Source: a virus (lineage: Duplodnaviria; Caudoviricetes). From it: 30,320 nucleotides of DNA. Positions 26,301-30,320 of the stretch are shown piece after piece (position 1 is the stretch's first letter; every line of letters begins with the position of its first letter). A program made the translations under genes and the position numbers. The stretch lies in the IMG/VR virus record IMGVR_UViG_3300020440_000056, positions 1 to 30,320 of that record; one strand, written 5' to 3'. The notes below the pieces were generated by a model. It ran no database searches and had not been told where the DNA came from. It saw nothing but the letters and a program-made list of their open reading frames with translations.

Positions 26301-29300
26301 AAGCAATACTTGCCGCAAATGTAACAGTACCAGTACCCTGGTCAACTGTAAAGAATCTACCAACACGGAAGAAACCGTCTTGGTCTGTGCTTACAAAAAA
26401 TACCCTACCTTTATTACGTTCTTGTATTTCGTTTGATTGTGCTGCTTCTCTTGCAGGAAAGCCTAAAATAACGTTTGGATAGTTTGTTTCATTAAATGAT
26501 CCAGTACCAATGTCTAGGAAGTCGTGTCCTGTTGCTCGACATGTACTAATTTGTATAGTAATTTTTGCAGGAGCAGCATCTTGTAGACCTGCTCTAATAA
26601 TAATTGGTGAATTGAATCCCTGCGTAATAGGTTGTGATATACCTGTTGCAACAGCTGTCACGTTTGTTTCTCTTACTTCAACAAGCGTTGGAACTAGGTT
26701 CACTAATCCTGTTGCAAGGTCGGTCATAGTTGTATATGTTGCACCATTATCAATACTAATTTCTAATGCACCTGTTGTGTTAAATGCAACACCAGACCAG
26801 TCGTATAAATCTAAAACTTGTTCATTGGTTTGTTTTGCTTTGACTTTACCATTTGCAGAAGTATTACCTACCTGTCTAACAATAACTTGTCTTTGAGCTA
26901 GATTGTAAAATACATCACGTTCCCAACTGCCTTTGTCATTAAGAGTAAGTTTAACTTCACTTATTTCCTTTAGGTCTACTACAGCATATGTGTTATCTTC
27001 ACTAAAGGTTGTAACTACATCGTGGCTACCACTATTAATTTTAACTTCTCTATAGTTGTATACAATATGTTTCTTACCTCTCCATGATATTACCTTAGGT
27101 AACTCATAGGTAATACTGAAATCTCTACCTGTATCATCTGCTGGGATACTTTGGAACTGTGGATCAGTATCAAAGTTATTGTTCAGTCTCCAAATGTCTT
27201 TAAGTTCAGTTAACCTTTCAATGGCAATGCTTGTGTCGCCTTGTGTATTACCAAGTGTTGTTGTACTTGGAGTTGGAGGAACACTCAATGATGAACCAGC
27301 TTGATTAATATATGTTGAATTAACAAGCAGTCCAATGTAGTCGTACGTGGCATCAAAGCCTGTAAGAGCTTCGTCGTCTTGCAGTATAGTTCCTGCACTG
27401 TTGTTTACACCAAAACTAATTGATCTATAAGTATCAATTGGATCGTCATCAAAGTTTACAGCCGTGCTAGGACGTATTGTCAAACTCCCAACGCTTTCAA
27501 TATCTCTAAATAAGTGTGTTTGGTTGTTTCTAATGTCAATTGGCTTATTGATAGGTATGTCTGCAAACAATCCATCATTATCAAATTGGTCATTTGATGT
27601 ACTAAAGTTAAGTTTATATACTTGTCCATCTCTATCCGGTGTGAAGCCTGCAATACTATTAATGCTACCACTAATAGTCATTCTTCTAATACTACCAGTT
27701 TGTATGCCGTTGTCTACATTAATTGTACTTCTGTTGATTTCTGTAACAGTTACAGTCGCGTCGTTTGATGGTGATGTGCCACCTAACTGTGTACCACTTA
27801 TTGTAAATGTATCACCTATCTTGTAGTGATCACCACTTTCTGTGCCAAATACTTCTACGTTATAGATGCCGCCGTTTTTATTTGCTTTGCTAACAACAAG
27901 TACAGCTTCAGTTGTTTCACTTACTGGTTCACTTTCGTTGTTACCTATTACTCCGTTTACATTAGTAGTTCTTGCTACAGGTGTATATGTAAATTCATTG
28001 TTATCAATTGTGTAGCCATCAACTAAAATACCATTCATCTTTTGAATGTTTGCTACCTCGTAACGTGCTATTCTATTAATTGGAGTTACACCATCGTCGT
28101 GATAATAATCAAGTTCACCTTTGTTACTAGGAATATGTTCTAAGTCATAGACATGAACACTTAATTGTGTTGCAAGGTTAGTATATCCTGTTGTGTCAAC
28201 TTCAGTAACATCTGCTCCACTGTCAACTGTATTAACAAAGACGCTTGCACCTGGCGAAAAACTACCACTTGTGCCTTCAAGATAAACTTTTTTACCTACT
28301 GATGCAAATACTGAAGTTCCACTTGCACTTGGTGTTGATGCTGCATTGGCAATGGTATCGCCTGCTGATAAAGTTACATTTTGGTTTAATTCTAGTACTG
28401 TTATTGCAGAGAACGTTTTAGCACTCTGTGTCATATCGTCTTTCAATAAAACATCATCTGGTACTTCATTAGGGTCTGACCCCTCTGCAACAAGACCGTA
28501 TACACCGTTAGCATTTGAGCCGTTAAGTGATCTAATTTGTCCACCATTGCCTGCGTAGTATGCTGTATGACAGTAGTATGTAAACATACTAACCATCTCA
28601 CTTAAACCACCGTTGATAGTTACTAGACCATAGCCTAAGTCATTTACCTGTGTAAAGTCGTTACCTAACTGTGACCTGTTACCTGCTGTTTGAAGTGTAA
28701 TTTCATAGCCGCCGCCTGGTATTGGAAGTTCAATAGTATCCCAACCCACATTGACTTCAGGGTCTACTTCACTTACTGGACCAGAAGTTGAATCAAGTAT
28801 GAGTCTGGCTGTAGGCGCAAGTAATCCGCCATCGTTGTAGTCTGTTATATCGTTAACTTGATATCTAATTCCATTTATATAAAATGGAGCAGGTGTTTGT
28901 GGTTTTCTAATTGAAAGCCCACTTCCCGGATCTGCTGTAACTAGAAGTTCAAAGCCATTGCCTTCTACACTTGTAACACGTACAGGCGTATTAGCACAGA
29001 ATGCATCAACTAGCATACCACCTCTAAATGCCTGTCTGTTCAGTGATTGTGAAAAACTAGAACCTGTTTGTATGTAAGGTGACTTTGTGAGAATTTGTCC
29101 TGTAGGGTCAAGCACACACATAAATCCACCATGACCTTGTACAGTCATATTACGTAGGATAGTTGCATCATTCATTAAGAATGCATCAAGTGCTGTGGAA
29201 CGTTTTGCAGGGTTCCAATCTGCGTTTGGTGTGCTGTCGTTGCCCCATTTAATAAGCTCGAACATGTCGTATACAAGATTACCATTACCTGCAACAGTAG

Positions 29301-30320
29301 AACCACCTGTTAAATTTGCGTTGATATATTGAGCAGGATGATCTGCACCCTTAAATGCTGTGTATAAACTATTGTTGTAGGCATTGTTAATAATAACATT
29401 TTGTATTACATCTGCTGCAGCAATAATACTTTGGTACCTAGGCGTTGCTTCGTTACTAAAGTTTTCACCATCAAAGAATATACTACCTTGAATATGTAGT
29501 ACATTAGTACTACCACCAATACGTAGGTCATTAGCAACAGCATCAATCAAACTGCCAACAGTTCTTCTGTATCTATCCCTAGCTGAATCGTTCCATACTA
29601 CACCAGCATATCCAGTATAACCAGGTTCTCCTGCGTTGCTTTGTGCTTTAGAAAAATCTAAAAATGCAATATTTTCAGCAATAATGAAATCTTTGTTTTT
29701 CTCAATTAAAATTGCCGCATCGTTATAATTACCTGGATTTGTAATTGCAAGTAATCCGCCATTGTCAACGTTTTTGTTTAGGTTAGGATTGTACAGATAA
29801 TGCCTACCAAAGTAACCATCAGTTTCACCTGAAAGCGGATTCACATATGCTTCACCGTCTGTAGGTAAGTTAGGATCAGGTACACCAGTAACACTGTCGT
29901 TACCGCCAGTTAGGTTGTCAAACTGTTTGTCTCTGTAGAAATATGTGGTTGCCCATGGAGATTGTGACACCTCTGCTTTTGGTCTAATAATTACTCGTCT
30001 AAATTCATCACCAACTAGTGATACGTTTGCAGGAACCTTAATTGGATAGTCTTCAAAGTACTGTCCAGTTTCTATTCTAATAGTAATTTGTCTGTTATTG
30101 ACAATATTACCCATTTCAAGTTGTTCACCAGTTGTAAACTCTTGAGCTGATAGTAACTCTAATTCTGCTATGTCATCTGTAGATCCTGGGTTGTTTACGT
30201 TATCATCACCTGGGAAGTATCTAATAATTTTTCCAATAGCGCCACTAGTTTTACCACGGATAACTTTACCAACACGTAAATCCCTATTTTTAGGATCACC
30301 TTGATCCACTTTACCTTGTG
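23374..30320 (-). CDS. Giant tail fibre/spike protein (>2311 aa, 5'-truncated by the window) with beta-helix region and C-terminal peptidase G2-like intramolecular chaperone
   Basis: The frame stays open beyond the GTG at 30309 to the window edge. It contains IRIETGQYFEDYPIKVPANVSLVGDEFRRVIIRP (beta-helix entry) and GHDFLDIGTG...STDQDGFFRVG, which I recall from marine T4-like phage fibres. C-terminal ADLAEMY...VAGVVS...IALQGRVPVKV resembles the phi29 gp12 autocleavage domain. Confidence 0.85.
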   Translation of the reverse strand, partial: QGKVDQGDPKNRDLRVGKVIRGKTSGAIGKIIRYFPGDDNVNNPGSTDDIAELELLSAQEFTTGEQLEMGNIVNNRQITIRIETGQYFEDYPIKVPANVSLVGDEFRRVIIRPKAEVSQSPWATTYFYRDKQFDNLTGGNDSVTGVPDPNLPTDGEAYVNPLSGETDGYFGRHYLYNPNLNKNVDNGGLLAITNPGNYNDAAILIEKNKDFIIAENIAFLDFSKAQSNAGEPGYTGYAGVVWNDSARDRYRRTVGSLIDAVANDLRIGGSTNVLHIQGSIFFDGENFSNEATPRYQSIIAAADVIQNVIINNAYNNSLYTAFKGADHPAQYINANLTGGSTVAGNGNLVYDMFELIKWGNDSTPNADWNPAKRSTALDAFLMNDATILRNMTVQGHGGFMCVLDPTGQILTKSPYIQTGSSFSQSLNRQAFRGGMLVDAFCANTPVRVTSVEGNGFELLVTADPGSGLSIRKPQTPAPFYINGIRYQVNDITDYNDGGLLAPTARLILDSTSGPVSEVDPEVNVGWDTIELPIPGGGYEITLQTAGNRSQLGNDFTQVNDLGYGLVTINGGLSEMVSMFTYYCHTAYYAGNGGQIRSLNGSNANGVYGLVAEGSDPNEVPDDVLLKDDMTQSAKTFSAITVLELNQNVTLSAGDTIANAASTPSASGTSVFASVGKKVYLEGTSGSFSPGASVFVNTVDSGADVTEVDTTGYTNLATQLSVHVYDLEHIPSNKGELDYYHDDGVTPINRIARYEVANIQKMNGILVDGYTIDNNEFTYTPVARTTNVNGVIGNNESEPVSETTEAVLVVSKANKNGGIYNVEVFGTESGDHYKIGDTFTISGTQLGGTSPSNDATVTVTEINRSTINVDNGIQTGSIRRMTISGSINSIAGFTPDRDGQVYKLNFSTSNDQFDNDGLFADIPINKPIDIRNNQTHLFRDIESVGSLTIRPSTAVNFDDDPIDTYRSISFGVNNSAGTILQDDEALTGFDATYDYIGLLVNSTYINQAGSSLSVPPTPSTTTLGNTQGDTSIAIERLTELKDIWRLNNNFDTDPQFQSIPADDTGRDFSITYELPKVISWRGKKHIVYNYREVKINSGSHDVVTTFSEDNTYAVVDLKEISEVKLTLNDKGSWERDVFYNLAQRQVIVRQVGNTSANGKVKAKQTNEQVLDLYDWSGVAFNTTGALEISIDNGATYTTMTDLATGLVNLVPTLVEVRETNVTAVATGISQPITQGFNSPIIIRAGLQDAAPAKITIQISTCRATGHDFLDIGTGSFNETNYPNVILGFPAREAAQSNEIQERNKGRVFFVSTDQDGFFRVGRFFTVDQGTGTVTFAASIALSDVDGIGFKRGVVVTEFSTDSAMSDNANDTVPVESAVRGYVNRRLGYDQQGNAVTNPLGPSVLQQNGSVPLTGDLQANQNTILGIAPVDLLLTAGTTAVNKDYVDSRSEGVKKAKTLRDVEIETGDANQMLGLTGTYSIYLDSNSISSPNNFVPGKILTNSGATNNFGTITGSYDFYDNGLGDVTIVYFSKGPDIASLAEYNLTGSGSTIAGLKSAAPDVYSKPDGAGTTDGSAKYINGPFQEIINIAEEPFNAGTPVSDIGFTTRRLINDDDPSNVSYPDRPTAYFDMQINDNVIVNNDVNSTAAIVQSKLNMKEADTYVTAADDQITISAQEVVQGFTYEIVLQGTTNFTTLGASASTAGTTFTATSSNPLITGGGTVKRLQSNIVVKDLVDDNSYSTNQAKLGLSAFDGANFKVTRGHVELKDNGIPKSKLEQIASDTVLGNSTASQANVAEVTFSDVVDQGQGIQHSDFNATPATGVLTRTAATAGAETYVVVESTTTGEASKFVKTTTGGEIDAQGFALNNNTVLTQVGAGAAGILTLQSIQGGKSLQASGGDATNPAYTTVFGNLNVGDLKDPDGADVGTDPDIFDRSNLHAAADTAYDVANGTTGTVTPFAAAQWMYANFIEAQNEKGDTSAGIAIGSYSGKAEAGNVAIIATNGTVQKKVASFGMLDVDGPGAGAAVLAIWPEDSNTVNIGDANLRYATGYFQNIDIASSLTSAGSTAGDIQIGITSDNEIDTTTGNLTIDSAGGTVAIDDNATVSGTLTVTSTTTLNGAVNLGDATGDNIAVNGYVSTDIIPNNATRDLGDATRTFAKTFTRELTTGAAATTGTITGDWSLSSGSKLQSTYADLAEMYSADAEYEVGTVLVFGGDAEVTTTDVKGDHRVAGVVSADPAFVMNQDCPGIAVCIALQGRVPVKVLGKVQRGDMLVSSAIPGYAIVNNTPGVGTVIGKAVGTKEDDAKGIVEVVVGRV

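Noticed and set aside
391-28558. Numerous 60-175-aa plus-strand ORFs (e.g. 2161..2673, 5364..5771, 13767..14216, 22620..23015, 24215..24742) and short nested ORFs
   Set aside because: They lie antisense to or inside long, motif-bearing genes, have S/V/P/L-rich shadow composition and show no SD or promoter support.
30307-30309. GTG as the start of the 2311-aa ORF
   Set aside because: The frame remains open to the window edge with no SD or late motif, so the gene most likely starts outside the window.
15114-30320. Diversity-generating retroelement or CRISPR-like DNA repeats in the fibre genes
   Set aside because: No reverse transcriptase, no near-identical TR/VR pair and no spaced direct repeats were noticed by eye. 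The repeats are at protein level and diverged. A self dot-plot would be the definitive test.

Overview
AT-rich, very gene-dense segment of a large tailed phage genome, most likely a T4-like or jumbo myovirus from an aquatic setting; the host cannot be determined from this window. It is almost entirely a late virion-structure region read on the minus strand. From right to left it holds a >2300-aa tail fibre/spike with a C-terminal autocleaving-chaperone-like domain (5' end outside the window), an unannotated 51-aa basic ORF, a beta-helix tailspike-like protein, two paralogous large 'YQPGR/WYGA' proteins, an LRR protein, a 335-aa adaptor-like protein, one plus-strand PA14-like gene, a T4 gp9/gp10-like baseplate protein, an Ig-repeat baseplate-like protein, small hypothetical proteins and a stand-alone DnaE fragment. 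Six copies of a GATAAATA late-promoter-like motif lie 18-24 nt before start codons, and many genes are coupled by TAATG overlaps. The most striking signal is four tandem ~150-160-aa repeats in the 1579-aa protein carrying K-C-x-R-D, three of them followed by GG in the exact register of the phycocyanin-alpha bilin-attachment helix. No tRNA, rRNA, CRISPR array or mobile element was recognised. All family assignments come from motif recognition by eye, not from database searches.
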